Shown here piece by piece: positions 45,801-55,784 of a stretch of 64,000 nt of DNA. Within the stretch, counting starts at the first letter, position 1. Each line of letters starts with the position of its first letter. The notes beneath the pieces are model-generated. The model made no database searches, was not told where the DNA came from, and saw only the letters and a list, made by a program, of their open reading frames with translations. The DNA comes from an uncultured Actinomycetota bacterium (GTDB lineage: Bacteria > Actinomycetota > Actinomycetes > Streptosporangiales > Streptosporangiaceae), in assembly GCA_963735415.1 (NCBI GenBank), contig CAVTLB010000034.1, positions 127 through 64,126 on the forward strand, read 5' to 3'. The translations under genes were made by a program, and so were the position numbers.

Positions 45801-46010
45801 CAATCGCCTGACATAAGAACGGAGTGTCGTCACGGCACCGGACGGCGGTGAGCCATCCCATACCATCTCGGCCAGCTCACCGGCCGGCACCGGGATGTTC
45901 GCATGCAGCAGCAACGCCGCAAGCAGGACCCGGACCCGCGGCCCGGCTACCGCCATGCGGGTACCTGCGCCGTCCGCCACCAGTAGCGGCCCCAACAGCG
46001 AGAAGCGCAT
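42834..46010 (-). CDS. AfsR/SARP-family regulator: wHTH-BTAD-NB-ARC-TPR (frameshifts near 44640 and 43520)
   Basis: MRFSLLGPL, HPLRERFHAQLMLAL, GMAGIGKTALA, LVLLDNA, CGRLPLAL, RYRLHDLIR; ~40-aa TPR repeats. Confidence 0.92.
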
Positions 46011-46100
46011 CCTGAGTCTCCCCTATGCAATTCCCCGGTCGACCAGCGCACCGTCAGGCCCAAAGCGAATCACCTTAACCCTAGGCCGCCCGCCCCGCAC

Positions 46101-46170
46101 GCGCCACCCGAATGCCCCTCTAATGCCCCTCCAATGCCCCTATGCCGCTCGAATAGGGAGTGATGCCCCT
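46101..46170 (+). promoter_or_regulatory. SARP-type box array 3 in the divergent SARP/response-regulator gap
   Basis: ATGCCCCTCTA-ATGCCCCTCCA-ATGCCCC (46112-46140) plus a lone ATGCCCCT at 46163. Confidence 0.75.
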
Positions 46171-46344
46171 GAGCTGGGATTATGCGGCATGGAGTGACCT
46201 GATGTCAGACGAGGGGTGAATTCTGGCACGGCACGGACCTGGGGCGCACGCTGGCCTACACCTCGCGTGGTGTCGCGGCGAAGTAGCATTTTCCCAGGAA
46301 GCGACGGTGCGCGATGGCGCGCACTTGCCGGAAACGGGTGGACT

Positions 46345-47025
46345 GTGGATGAGCGCCTGCTGCTAGTCGAGGACGACGCGTCGATCCGGGAGATCGTGTC
46401 TATCGGGCTGAAGGCGGCAGGCTTCCGGGTAGCCACGGCGGTGGATGGCCGGCAGGGGCTGGCAAGCGCCCGTTCCGGTGGCTTCGACACGGTGATCCTG
46501 GACGTGATGCTGCCGTCCCTTGACGGATTCGAGGTCTGCCGCGAGATCAGGAAATTCAGCCGGGTCCCGATCGTGATGCTCACCGCGAGAACTGACCTCA
46601 TCGACGTCGTCGTGGGGCTGGAGTCAGGCGCCGACGATTACGTCAAGAAGCCGTTCGAGCTGCCGGAGCTGATCGCGCGGCTGCGCGCCGTACTGCGGCG
46701 GGCGGCGGCTCCGGCGCAGGACATGACGATCGTGGTCGGCCCGCTGGAGATCAATCCGGCCGGCTTTACCGTGCTCAGGGACGGCGTCGAGCTATCGCTG
46801 ACCGCGACTGAGTTCCGGCTGCTGGCCGAGCTCGCGACGCGGCCGGGCCAGGTCTTCACCAGGGAACTGCTGCTACAGCGGGTGTGGGATTACGAGTACC
46901 TCGGAGAGGCTCACGTGGTGGACGTGGCGATCCAGCGGCTGCGAGCCAAGGTGGAAGACGATCCGTCGCGTCCGGCACTGATCAAGACCGTTCGCGGGGT
47001 CGGCTACCGGCTGGACCGGGCGTAG
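46345..47025 (+). CDS. OmpR-family response regulator (MtrA/CseB-like)
   Basis: LLVEDD, ILDVMLP, IVMLTAR, GADDYVKKPF, IKTVRGVGYR. Confidence 0.92.
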   Translation: MDERLLLVEDDASIREIVSIGLKAAGFRVATAVDGRQGLASARSGGFDTVILDVMLPSLDGFEVCREIRKFSRVPIVMLTARTDLIDVVVGLESGADDYVKKPFELPELIARLRAVLRRAAAPAQDMTIVVGPLEINPAGFTVLRDGVELSLTATEFRLLAELATRPGQVFTRELLLQRVWDYEYLGEAHVVDVAIQRLRAKVEDDPSRPALIKTVRGVGYRLDRA

Positions 47026-47027
47026 AC

Positions 47028-48446
47028 ATGACCGGGCAGCCGGGCGGGCCCGCGGGGCGGCGCGGGCGGCTGCGGCCGGGCGGGCTGCGGCGGCGGCTGG
47101 TTATCGCTTTCGTGCTGGTGGCAGCGGTCTCGGCCGGGACACTTGCGGTCGCGTCGTACCTGCTGGTGCGCCAGGCGCGGTTGCAGGGCTCGCTGACCGC
47201 CAGTGAAGTGCAGGCGAGGGAAGACCTGAACCTCGCCGCGACCATCTCCTATCCGGAGGCGGCCAGCTTCGTCCGGGCATACGAGCAGCGGGGGGCCCAC
47301 GCCGTGCTCATCTTCCCCGGTGGCCGCGGGGTCGCGTCCGATCCCGAGGTGAATCCGGCGATCCCGGCGGTGCTGCGTAACTTCGTGCTGGAAGGCCAGC
47401 TTGGTTACCAGCGGATGGATGTCGCCGGGCAGCCCTACCTGATCCTGGCTGGCCGGGTGCCGGAATCGGCCGCCGAGCTCTACCTGTTCTTCCCCGAACA
47501 GGACATCGCGCGCAATCTGGCCCAGCTTCGCGACGCGCTGGCCGCGGCCTGGCTTGGCGTCCTGCTGGTGGCGGCGCTCATCGGGCATGCGCTCGCGCGC
47601 CGGACGCTGGAACCGGTCGCCCGGGCCAGCGAGGCTGCCCGCCAGATAGCGGACGGCCGACTCGACACCAGGTTGCCGACCGGGGTGGCGGACGAGTTCG
47701 GCGCCTGGGCAGCGGCGTTCAACGAGATGGCCGATGCGCTGGAGGCGAAGATCGCGGCGCTGTCGGCCGCGCAGGCGCGGGAGCTACGCTTCACGGCGAA
47801 CGTCGCGCACGAGCTGCGCACCCCGCTGACCGCGCTGGTGGCCGAGGCCTCACTCCTGCGCGGCCAGGTTGACCAGCTGCCCGACGCGGCCCGCCGCCCG
47901 GTCGAGCTGCTCATCGCCGATGTGGGCAGGCTCAGGACGCTGGTGGGTGAGCTGATGGAGATCTCCAGGCTCGATGCCCGCTCAGAGCCGGTACAGCGCC
48001 AGCGGGCCGACATACGGTCCATCGTGAGGGCGCTGATCGGCGCCCGGGGCTGGCAGGACGGGGTCGCCGTGGATGGCGAGCAGGTCATGCTGATCACCGA
48101 CCCGCGCCGGGTCGAGCGCATACTGGCCAACCTGATCGAGAACGCGGTCGAGCACAGCGGTCGCGATGTCAGGGTAGCGACCAGCACGGACGGCGTCCAC
48201 GGGTGCGTCGAGGTGACCGACGCGGGGCCGGGCATCGCGCCGGAGCAGCTTCCGCTGATCTTCGAGCGCTTCTACAAGGCCGATTCCGCGCGGGCCAGCG
48301 TCGGGAGCGGGCTTGGCCTGGCCATCGCGCTGGAGAACGCCCGGCTCCTCGGCGGGGACATCAGCGTGTCCAGCGACGCGCAGCGCGGGTCGGTGTTCCG
48401 GCTGACCCTCCCGCTCGGGCTCGCCGATGATGTGAACGAACGGTGA
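47028..48446 (+). CDS. HAMP-domain sensor histidine kinase (MtrB/CseC-like)
   Basis: Two TM helices, VAHELRTPL, NLIENA, DAGPGI, GSGLGLAI. Confidence 0.92.
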   Translation: MTGQPGGPAGRRGRLRPGGLRRRLVIAFVLVAAVSAGTLAVASYLLVRQARLQGSLTASEVQAREDLNLAATISYPEAASFVRAYEQRGAHAVLIFPGGRGVASDPEVNPAIPAVLRNFVLEGQLGYQRMDVAGQPYLILAGRVPESAAELYLFFPEQDIARNLAQLRDALAAAWLGVLLVAALIGHALARRTLEPVARASEAARQIADGRLDTRLPTGVADEFGAWAAAFNEMADALEAKIAALSAAQARELRFTANVAHELRTPLTALVAEASLLRGQVDQLPDAARRPVELLIADVGRLRTLVGELMEISRLDARSEPVQRQRADIRSIVRALIGARGWQDGVAVDGEQVMLITDPRRVERILANLIENAVEHSGRDVRVATSTDGVHGCVEVTDAGPGIAPEQLPLIFERFYKADSARASVGSGLGLAIALENARLLGGDISVSSDAQRGSVFRLTLPLGLADDVNER

Positions 48447-48519
48447 TGTTCCGGTGAGCCGCCGGTTCACTGCCCGCCGCATCGTGGGAGGCGTAACGGC
48501 GAAGATTAAGGAGGCCATC

Positions 48520-49466
48520 ATGAAGCGCCTGCCTCTCACCATCATGATCATGATCATCGGTGTCGGCTTGCTCACCGCCTGCGAGGCCCCGGCCGGCTCG
48601 CTGGGTCCCGTCCCGACCGGGCCGGCCACGTCCGCGAGCCGGCCTGGCCGGCTCGCAGCCTGCCGGCCGCCACCGCCGAGCCGCCCAGCGGACGCCAGGC
48701 GTCGGCGCCAGCGTCGACACCGGTCCCGGCGGGCACGCCCACTGCGGGCACGGCCCGGCAGATCGGCCTGCAAACCTGGTTCACCCGCCAGGGGAAGCTA
48801 TTCGTTACCGGGCGAACCATTCCCGCGACGTCTAGCGTCGGCGGGGCCGCGCTTGACCGCCTGCTGGCCGCCCCTTCGGCCGCCGAGTACGCGGCCGGGG
48901 TGCGCTCGCAGATTCCCCCCGGCACCGCGCTGCTTGGCTTGCGCATCGCCTCCGGGACCGCCACCGTCGATCTAAGCTCATCGTTCGCCTCGTCGGCCAG
49001 CCCGTCGACGATGCCGCTGCGGATCGCCCAGGTGGTGTACACGCTGGCGCAGTTCCCGAGCGTCACCGGCGTCCGGTTCGAGATCGGCGGCCAGGGGGTC
49101 ACCGTGGTCGGCGGAGTCCCGGTGCAAGATCCGCAGACCCCGGCGATGTATGACAGCTACCTGCCGGCCATCACCGTGCAGAATCCGGTCATCGGCGAGC
49201 AGCTGGCCAGCCCGGTCACCGTGTCCGGCACGGCCGATGTCTTCGAAGCGGTGGTCAGCGTGCGAATCCTCGACTCGGCCGGCGGCGAAATCGCCAGGAC
49301 TTTCACCACGGCGAGCTGTGGCACCGGATGCCGCGGCGATTACTCGGTGGCGGTCCCGTACACAGTTCCCAGGGCAGGACCCGGCACCATCGAGGTGTTC
49401 GAGAGTTCCGCCAAGGACGGGCAGCCGGTCAACGTCCAACTGATTCCCGTGACGCTGGCGCCATAG
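48520..49466 (+). CDS. Lipoprotein with GerMN and Gmad2-like domains (frameshift near 48650)
   Basis: Lipobox LLTAC, TATVDLSSSF, AQVVYTLAQF, VSGTADVFEAVV. Confidence 0.8.
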
Positions 49467-49571
49467 CCGGCGCCGGCTACCACGCAAGACCGCGCCTGGC
49501 CACGAGTGCCGCCGGGTTGGATGCGGCCACTTCGCCCTGCGCCCACTGTCGGGGGCGTGGCAAGAAGTACG

Positions 49572-49643
49572 GGCTGCTTTCTTCCCGCCCACCGCCCCGG
49601 GCACCGGCTGCTTTTCTTCCCGCCCACCGCCCCGGGCATCGGC
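49572..49643. repeat. Tandem direct duplication of ~35 bp
   Basis: GGCTGCTTT(T)CTTCCCGCCCACCGCCCCGGGCA(C/T)C occurs twice in tandem. Confidence 0.8.
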
Positions 49644-50722
49644 CTAACGCCGCGGCTGGCCGTAGTCGAGGGGCAGGGCCTGCAGCTGGCTGACGGGGAT
49701 CTGGGTGAGGATGGCTGACCGCTCGTCCGGTGTCAGCAGGTTGAGTGGGTCCTCGAGCGCGGTGTAAGGGTTCACGCCGCCGTGGGACGCCTCGTAGAGC
49801 CGCGGGTCCTCGGCATAGCTGACGACGGCGCCGCCGTGGTCGGTGAGGATCAGCCCGTACTGCTGCATCGCCCGCGCGATGATCTGCGCGGCCGGGCTGT
49901 AGAGCGTGCTCACGTCGAACGAGGGATTCAGCCGGAAGCGCTGTCCTTCGCACGGGATGTCACTGCCCGCGGTGTTGCCGTCGTCGCGGTTGGCGGGCCA
50001 GGAGAAGCAGTTCGCCTGGGTACGCGGGACGACCGGATGATGGCGTGGTCGATGTAGCCATGCTGCAGTTCTGAGATCCGGATGAGGCCCGCGGCCAGGG
50101 GCAGGCCTGAGGCGCTGGCGCCCAGCGGGTTGGCGAAGATCCCCGGGTTCTCCCTGTAGTGCTTGATCTTGCCGCCCCAGCACGCTGACCAGTGGCCGCT
50201 GGCGTCCTTCTCCGCGCGCCAGAAGTCCCAGAAGGTGTCGGTGGACGGCTGGTAGATCGTGGTCACCTCGTCGGTCCCTTGCGAGGCGAACAGGTTGGCG
50301 GGGGTGGGCACGTCTTGCAGCGAGGGCGCGATCACCGGCGCGAGTTGCGGCAGGTTCTGGCAGTCGGAGTAGGTCCAGGTCTGCACTGGGGTATTCCGGC
50401 CGACGTAGAACAGGGGCGTGGAGTAGCTATCGGTGTTGAGGCCCCAGACGCCGAAGAAGTTCGCCTGATCCTGCGCGATGTTAGCCACGATCGCCGCGGA
50501 ATTCGACGCCAGGGGCACGTCCGCCGGCAGCTTCGTGTTCCACGGACCGGTGGGCGAGAACCCGTTGTCCGGCCGGCCGTACCCGTATGCGACCCCGCCC
50601 TGGCCTGCCAGCGCGGGAACCGCGCAGAGCGTGACAGCAAGGGAAATCGCCGAAATAATCGATCCCCACCTTTTGCGCGGCACCGCCATCATGGCCACTG
50701 CCGACAACAACTTGCGCAACAT
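49644..50722 (-). CDS. Secreted hypothetical protein (frameshift near 50030)
   Basis: Signal peptide and strong GC3 bias; motifs PWNT, GASASGLPLAAG, IDHAI, EGQRFRL, AMQQYGLILTD. Confidence 0.7.
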
Positions 50723-50863
50723 AACCAGCTCCCTCCACTGACCATCCGGGTTGCCCGGCCGACGGCGTGCGCTCATCTACGAAATTCTGGGTGCTGCATA
50801 GGGCTTGCCACCATGGCGCGGACCCCAGGAAAGCGGGAAGGCGACCCCAGAAAACGCCAGGGC

Positions 50864-53617
50864 CTACCCCACCCCGTTAACCAGGCGCCGAAGGGCCGCC
50901 CGATGGTCCCTGACCAGGCCAAGCTTGTGGTAGATGCTGGTCAGGTGTTGCTCGACACTTTTCGGCCCGTGCATGGACAGCAGCTCTGCGATCTCGCGGT
51001 TGGACCTGCCATCCCCGACCAGCCTTACGACCCGCTCCTGTGCGTCGGTGAGGTCGGCCAACGGGCTGGCGGGATCTTCGAGGCCGTCGTATGGCAGTCC
51101 GTGGTGCCTGATCAAGGCGATCGCCTGGGCCGCGTAAGCGCGGGCGCCCATCTCGTTGAAGGACCGCAGCGCCGCGCGCAGGCGCATCCCTGCACCGGAT
51201 TTCCTGCCGCCGCGGGCGAGGCACTCGCCCATGAGCATCTCGATCCGGCTGGCCTCCAGCCGCAGCCCGATCTCGTCGGCGAGGGCAAGCGCATCGGCGT
51301 ATGCGGCGAGCGCCGGGTCCTCGTCGCCGCGGACGGCCAGGATCCGCCCGCGAGCCCGGGCAATGGCCATGAGCGTCGACTTGCGGCCAGAGGCGGCGAA
51401 GCGCGCCTCATACTCCGCGAGCGCCGATTCAGCCCCGTCGGCGTCACCGAGGAGGGCCAGGGCCTCGGAGCGCAGCGAGCCTAGGAGCGTGATGCCAGGC
51501 TCAGGGGCGTCGAGGACCGCATCGACAGCCGCCGCCGCAGCCAGCAACACCCGAGGATCGCCGAGGGCCTGGGCGATTGCGGCACGGGCAAGCGTCGCCG
51601 CGAGAACACCGGAGCGGGTGCCGACGACGCAAGCCCAGTCTTCGGCGTTCTTCGCGGCGGCCCGCGCGTGGGCTCGCGCCTGCGCCCAGTCGCCGCAGGC
51701 GGCCCGCGCCTGGCAGGCCAGCCCGCGCAGCAGCGCATAGTCCCACACTTGCCCGCTTGCCTCAGCCTGCCATACGGCCTGCTCGGTATGCAGGACTGAG
51801 TCGGCGAGATTGCCGCGACGGTACTCAGCGTCGCCCAGGAACGCCAGTGCCTGCCCAACACGCAGCGATTCCCCGCGGTAAGCGCGATTCACCACGTCAG
51901 TCAGGTCTGCCACGGCCAAATCCAGGTCATCCATCCATAGCTCGGCCATACCTCGGGCAGCAAGCAGGTCCAGATCGCCCTCGGGATCACGGACGGCGAG
52001 GTCGGCCCGGGCACGCGCGCCATCCCCCGCCAACGTGAGCCCGAGGGTGCGGGCGAACCAGGCGAACGCCCGGACGCGAGGGTCGGCACTGTCGGCGGTG
52101 ACGGCAACTTCCCCGAACGAGATCATGTCGCGATAGGCGAGGGACACGACGGCGATGACGGCGAGCTGCGTCGCGATCCTGGCACGAAGATCCACCGGAC
52201 CACCCGGCGCTGAAGCCCCGTCCACGGTCGCCAGGGCCCGGCCGAGTCGCTGTCGCGCCGCAGCGATGTGACCTGTGAGCATCAGCTGGTAGCCCGCCAC
52301 GTAGTCCCACCACGGATCGCCGCAGCGGGAAGCCAGCTCGGCGGCGTAGGGCTCGGCGGCCTTGACGTTCCCGGCAATCAGCTCCGTCTCCACTAGGGAG
52401 AGCAGCCGGGGCGTCCGCTCGGGACAAGATGGCGGAGTTCGTCGCAACGACTCCCGCCAGCAAGTGGCGGCGGCCACCAGATCGCCTCGCTGAATGTGCG
52501 CCTTGGCCTGGCGGTCCAGGTCCGCCGTGAGTGCCGGATCCGCTCCGTCGGCAGCGGCCAGCCGATGCCGCATCGCGGCGATCTCTCCCGTCATGGAAGC
52601 AGCCGTCCGGTGTAGCTCTCTGCGTCGCGCGAACGGTGTCTGATCGTAGACAGCCTGATGCTTGAGCCAGTGACTGAACCGGAACCGCTGGCCGGCCGTG
52701 GCGGGCACTTCACTCACGAGCCCGAGCGCGGTCAGCTCGTCGAGCGGGCCCGCGCCGCCCGCTTCGCCGGGGGCGAGCGAACCAGCCAGCGTGGCGGCCT
52801 CGGCGAACTCAAATTCCGCGCCTAGGACCGCTGCCGCCTGCGCGAGTCTTTGGACGGGACCGGTGCTCGCCGCTAGCTGCTCCGCGACCGTTCCAGCGAC
52901 CGAACGGGGCGCGGGCAACGGACCATGCCCCTCATTGATCTCGCGGACCTGAACCTGGCGAAGCACTTCTATGGCGAACAGCGGAATCCCGCCTGTGTGA
53001 TCGTGCAGTTGGGCGGCCCCGGAAGTAGACAGGCCGATCCGGCCCAGGCTCTCGGCGAGCCGCACGAGTTCGCCTGGGCCAAGACCGCTCAACTGGAGCA
53101 GGCCGCCAGGTGCGCGGGAGGAGAGCCGCTGCCAGCCGTTTCCGGACAGATTCTCGTCGTTGTATCCGATGATCATGAGCGCCCGCATTGCCCGCATGGT
53201 GTGAGCGGCGAACCTGAGAACCGTCTGCGACTGCGCGTCGGCCCACTGGACATCATCGATAACCAGCACAACTGGGCCGGCTTTCGCCAGTTCGTCGAGG
53301 AACGGCCGGACCGCGTGCGCCGGGTTCGCCGTCGGGTCGCGCTCAGCCCATGCGGCGGTGTCGCCGGTCCAGGCGGACAGGCTTCCGGCTACGTCACGGA
53401 GCACGCGCCACGGCAACTCAGTGCCGGTGGGGTCGCTGCCCACCCAGACCACTCGCCGCAGTTCGGCCTCTTGGATGAAGCGCTCCATGAGGGCGGTCTT
53501 GCCCGCTCCGGCGCCACCCGCGACGACCAGCACCCCCGGCGTGCCCGCCAAGGCCCTCCGCCAGGCCTCATGCAACCGCGTGAGTTCTGCCCGGCGTCCG
53601 ACAAACTGCCCTGCCAT
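50864..53617 (-). CDS. LAL (large ATP-binding LuxR) transcriptional regulator
   Basis: FVGRRAEL, GGAGAGKT, LVIDDVQWAD, C-terminal LTDAQERV...SNREIA...HLTSIYHKLG. Confidence 0.9.
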   Translation of the reverse strand: MAGQFVGRRAELTRLHEAWRRALAGTPGVLVVAGGAGAGKTALMERFIQEAELRRVVWVGSDPTGTELPWRVLRDVAGSLSAWTGDTAAWAERDPTANPAHAVRPFLDELAKAGPVVLVIDDVQWADAQSQTVLRFAAHTMRAMRALMIIGYNDENLSGNGWQRLSSRAPGGLLQLSGLGPGELVRLAESLGRIGLSTSGAAQLHDHTGGIPLFAIEVLRQVQVREINEGHGPLPAPRSVAGTVAEQLAASTGPVQRLAQAAAVLGAEFEFAEAATLAGSLAPGEAGGAGPLDELTALGLVSEVPATAGQRFRFSHWLKHQAVYDQTPFARRRELHRTAASMTGEIAAMRHRLAAADGADPALTADLDRQAKAHIQRGDLVAAATCWRESLRRTPPSCPERTPRLLSLVETELIAGNVKAAEPYAAELASRCGDPWWDYVAGYQLMLTGHIAAARQRLGRALATVDGASAPGGPVDLRARIATQLAVIAVVSLAYRDMISFGEVAVTADSADPRVRAFAWFARTLGLTLAGDGARARADLAVRDPEGDLDLLAARGMAELWMDDLDLAVADLTDVVNRAYRGESLRVGQALAFLGDAEYRRGNLADSVLHTEQAVWQAEASGQVWDYALLRGLACQARAACGDWAQARAHARAAAKNAEDWACVVGTRSGVLAATLARAAIAQALGDPRVLLAAAAAVDAVLDAPEPGITLLGSLRSEALALLGDADGAESALAEYEARFAASGRKSTLMAIARARGRILAVRGDEDPALAAYADALALADEIGLRLEASRIEMLMGECLARGGRKSGAGMRLRAALRSFNEMGARAYAAQAIALIRHHGLPYDGLEDPASPLADLTDAQERVVRLVGDGRSNREIAELLSMHGPKSVEQHLTSIYHKLGLVRDHRAALRRLVNGVG

Positions 53618-53798
53618 TCCGCCATCCTGTCATCACGATGACCGGATATAGCAACACCTTCCGTGCTGACTAGATAGCCCGTGAGAGACAATAGGGCGAT
53701 CATGAAACTTTCAATGGCAGTGGATTAGAGCCATTGTGGCTGCGGCCATGCGGCGGCTCATTAATGTTTGCTGGCATGGCGCAGAGGTAGTGACGGGT

Positions 53799-54710
53799 AT
53801 GCACTCAACATCGACCCCGAGCGCGGCTAGCGTTGCCGTGGTGGCGCACGCGGGCAAGAGCCTCGGTGGCGGCTTGCCCGAGTTGCGGGAGATCCTGGCC
53901 CGGGAAGGCGTCACCGACCCGCTGTGGTATGAGGTGAAGAAGAGCCGCCGCGCACCTAAGTACGCCCGCCGGGCCGCCGCCAAGGGGGTTGACGTGCTGT
54001 TCGTCTGGGGTGGCGATGGCTCCGTCCAGCGCTGCATCGACGCGGTGGCGGGAACCGGCACGGCGGTGGCGATCCTGCCCGCGGGCACCGCGAACCTGCT
54101 GGCGGCGAACCTGGCGGTGCCGCACGACCTCGCTGAGGCGGTCCAGGTCGGGTTGCACGGGGACCGGCGCCGGCTGGACACCGGATCGGTGAACGGCGAG
54201 CGCTTCATGGTGATGGCGGGCGCCGGCTTCGACGCACGGATGATCTCCGACGCGGACCGTGGCGCGAAGGACAGGCTGGGGCGCGCGGCCTACATCGCCA
54301 CCGGGATCAAGAACCTGGCGGCGCACCGGGCGAGGGCGACGGTGGAGGTAGACGGCGAGTCCTTCTTCACTGGCAAGGCCTCGTGCGTGCTGGCCGCGAA
54401 CGTCGGCAAGATCCTCGGCGGAGTCGAGGCTTTCCCGCAGGCGCGACCGGACGACGGTCGCCTCGAGATCGGAGTGGTGTCGGCCAGGAACCCGGTGGAG
54501 TGGGCCCGGACGTTCGCCCGGCTCGCTGTCGGGCATCCGGACCAGTCCCCCTTCGTCAAGGTCACGCAGGGGAGGAAGATCAGAATTCGGTTCGACCGGA
54601 AGGTCCGCTACGAAGTCGACGGCGGAGCACGCCCGGCCGCCAATAAACTGCGCGTCAAGGTCCGCCCCGCCTCAGTCACGGTCTGCGTACCGCCCTCGCC
54701 GCGCGAGTGA
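53799..54710 (+). CDS. Diacylglycerol/lipid kinase family protein (YegS/DgkB-like)
   Basis: WGGDGSV, ILPAGTANLLA, MAGAGFDA, YEVDGG. Confidence 0.9.
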   Translation: MHSTSTPSAASVAVVAHAGKSLGGGLPELREILAREGVTDPLWYEVKKSRRAPKYARRAAAKGVDVLFVWGGDGSVQRCIDAVAGTGTAVAILPAGTANLLAANLAVPHDLAEAVQVGLHGDRRRLDTGSVNGERFMVMAGAGFDARMISDADRGAKDRLGRAAYIATGIKNLAAHRARATVEVDGESFFTGKASCVLAANVGKILGGVEAFPQARPDDGRLEIGVVSARNPVEWARTFARLAVGHPDQSPFVKVTQGRKIRIRFDRKVRYEVDGGARPAANKLRVKVRPASVTVCVPPSPRE

Positions 54711-54763
54711 ACGAGACGCTGCGGCGCGTGGCGTGTGGTGGCGGAGCCAAGGGAGGCAGGGGC

Positions 54764-55518
54764 ATGTCCAGCGCGCAGCTGTATGACACCATCGGAGCCA
54801 GCTACACCGTGACGCGGCGCACCGAGCCGCGGATCGCCGCTCAGGTCTGGGCCGCGCTCGGCGACGCGCGGACCGTGCTGAATGTCGGGGCGGGCACCGG
54901 CTCCTACGAGCCTCCCGGCCGTGACGTGACCGCGGTGGAGCCGTCGGCGGTCATGCGGGCGCAGCGTCCCTCGGGCGCGGCGCCGTGCGTGGATGCCGTC
55001 GCGGAGAGCCTTCCGTTCGAGGACCAGTCCTTCGACGCCGCGATGGCCTTTGCCACGATCGATCACTGGCAGGACCCGATCGCGGGCCTGCGCGAGATGC
55101 GGCGCGTCGCTCGGCGCGTGCTGGCGTTCACCTACGACGCCAGTAACCCCGACCTGTTCTGGCTTAATCGTGACTACCTGCCCGAGTTCGCCGGCCTCTG
55201 GGCCAGGCCGGCCCTCGCTGGCCGAGCTGGCCGGCGCGATCGGGGCGGACCGAGCCGGTGCCCGTTCCGCGGGACTGCGCGGACGGCTTCTACCACGCCT
55301 TCTGGCACCGGCCCGAGGCATACCTGGACGAGCATGTCCGCCGGGGCATGTCGATCTGGGCCAGGGTCGGGCAGGCCGCCGAGCAGCGGGCAGTACGCAG
55401 CCTCCGCGCTGACCTCGCATCCGGCCGGTGGGCCGAACGCAACCGCGACCTCGCCGATCTCGACGCGGCAGAGCTTGGCGATCGGCTGCTTATCGCCGGA
55501 ACTGGCGACTTCGCATAG
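54764..55518 (+). CDS. Class I SAM-dependent methyltransferase (frameshift near 55215-55260)
   Basis: VLNVGAGTGSYE, AVEPS, AESLPFEDQSFDA; continues PVPRDCADGF...WAERN. Confidence 0.85.
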
Positions 55519-55556
55519 GGACAGGACCCCTCCCGCCGTCGCCAGTAGCCTAAAAA

Positions 55557-55641
55557 GCACCCGCCCGCGAACTTCGCACACTTCCCGTATGGACAATTCG
55601 CCCATATCGCCGGGAAAAGTGGTCGCAGAGTGTGCGAAGTC
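55557..55641 (-). repeat. 85-bp dispersed repeat, copy A (internal inverted ends ACTTCGCACAC...GTGTGCGAAGT)
   Basis: Reverse complement matches 61169-61253 at 78 of 85 positions by manual alignment. Confidence 0.85.
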
Positions 55642-55784
55642 GCCCCGGGCCAGGCTGTCGGCACTGTCGCCCGGGTCCGCCACGTCACCTACACAAGGGA
55701 CAGTGAATAGCCCGGTGGCTTCTCGGCCAACGGCGCCGCATGCAGCTGAGCACGGGGCTGGTGAACGCGGCGGGGCGGTAAGCC

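Noticed and set aside
49572-49643. CRISPR-like repeat
   Set aside because: Two adjacent copies with no spacer and no cas genes; a simple tandem duplication or assembly stutter.
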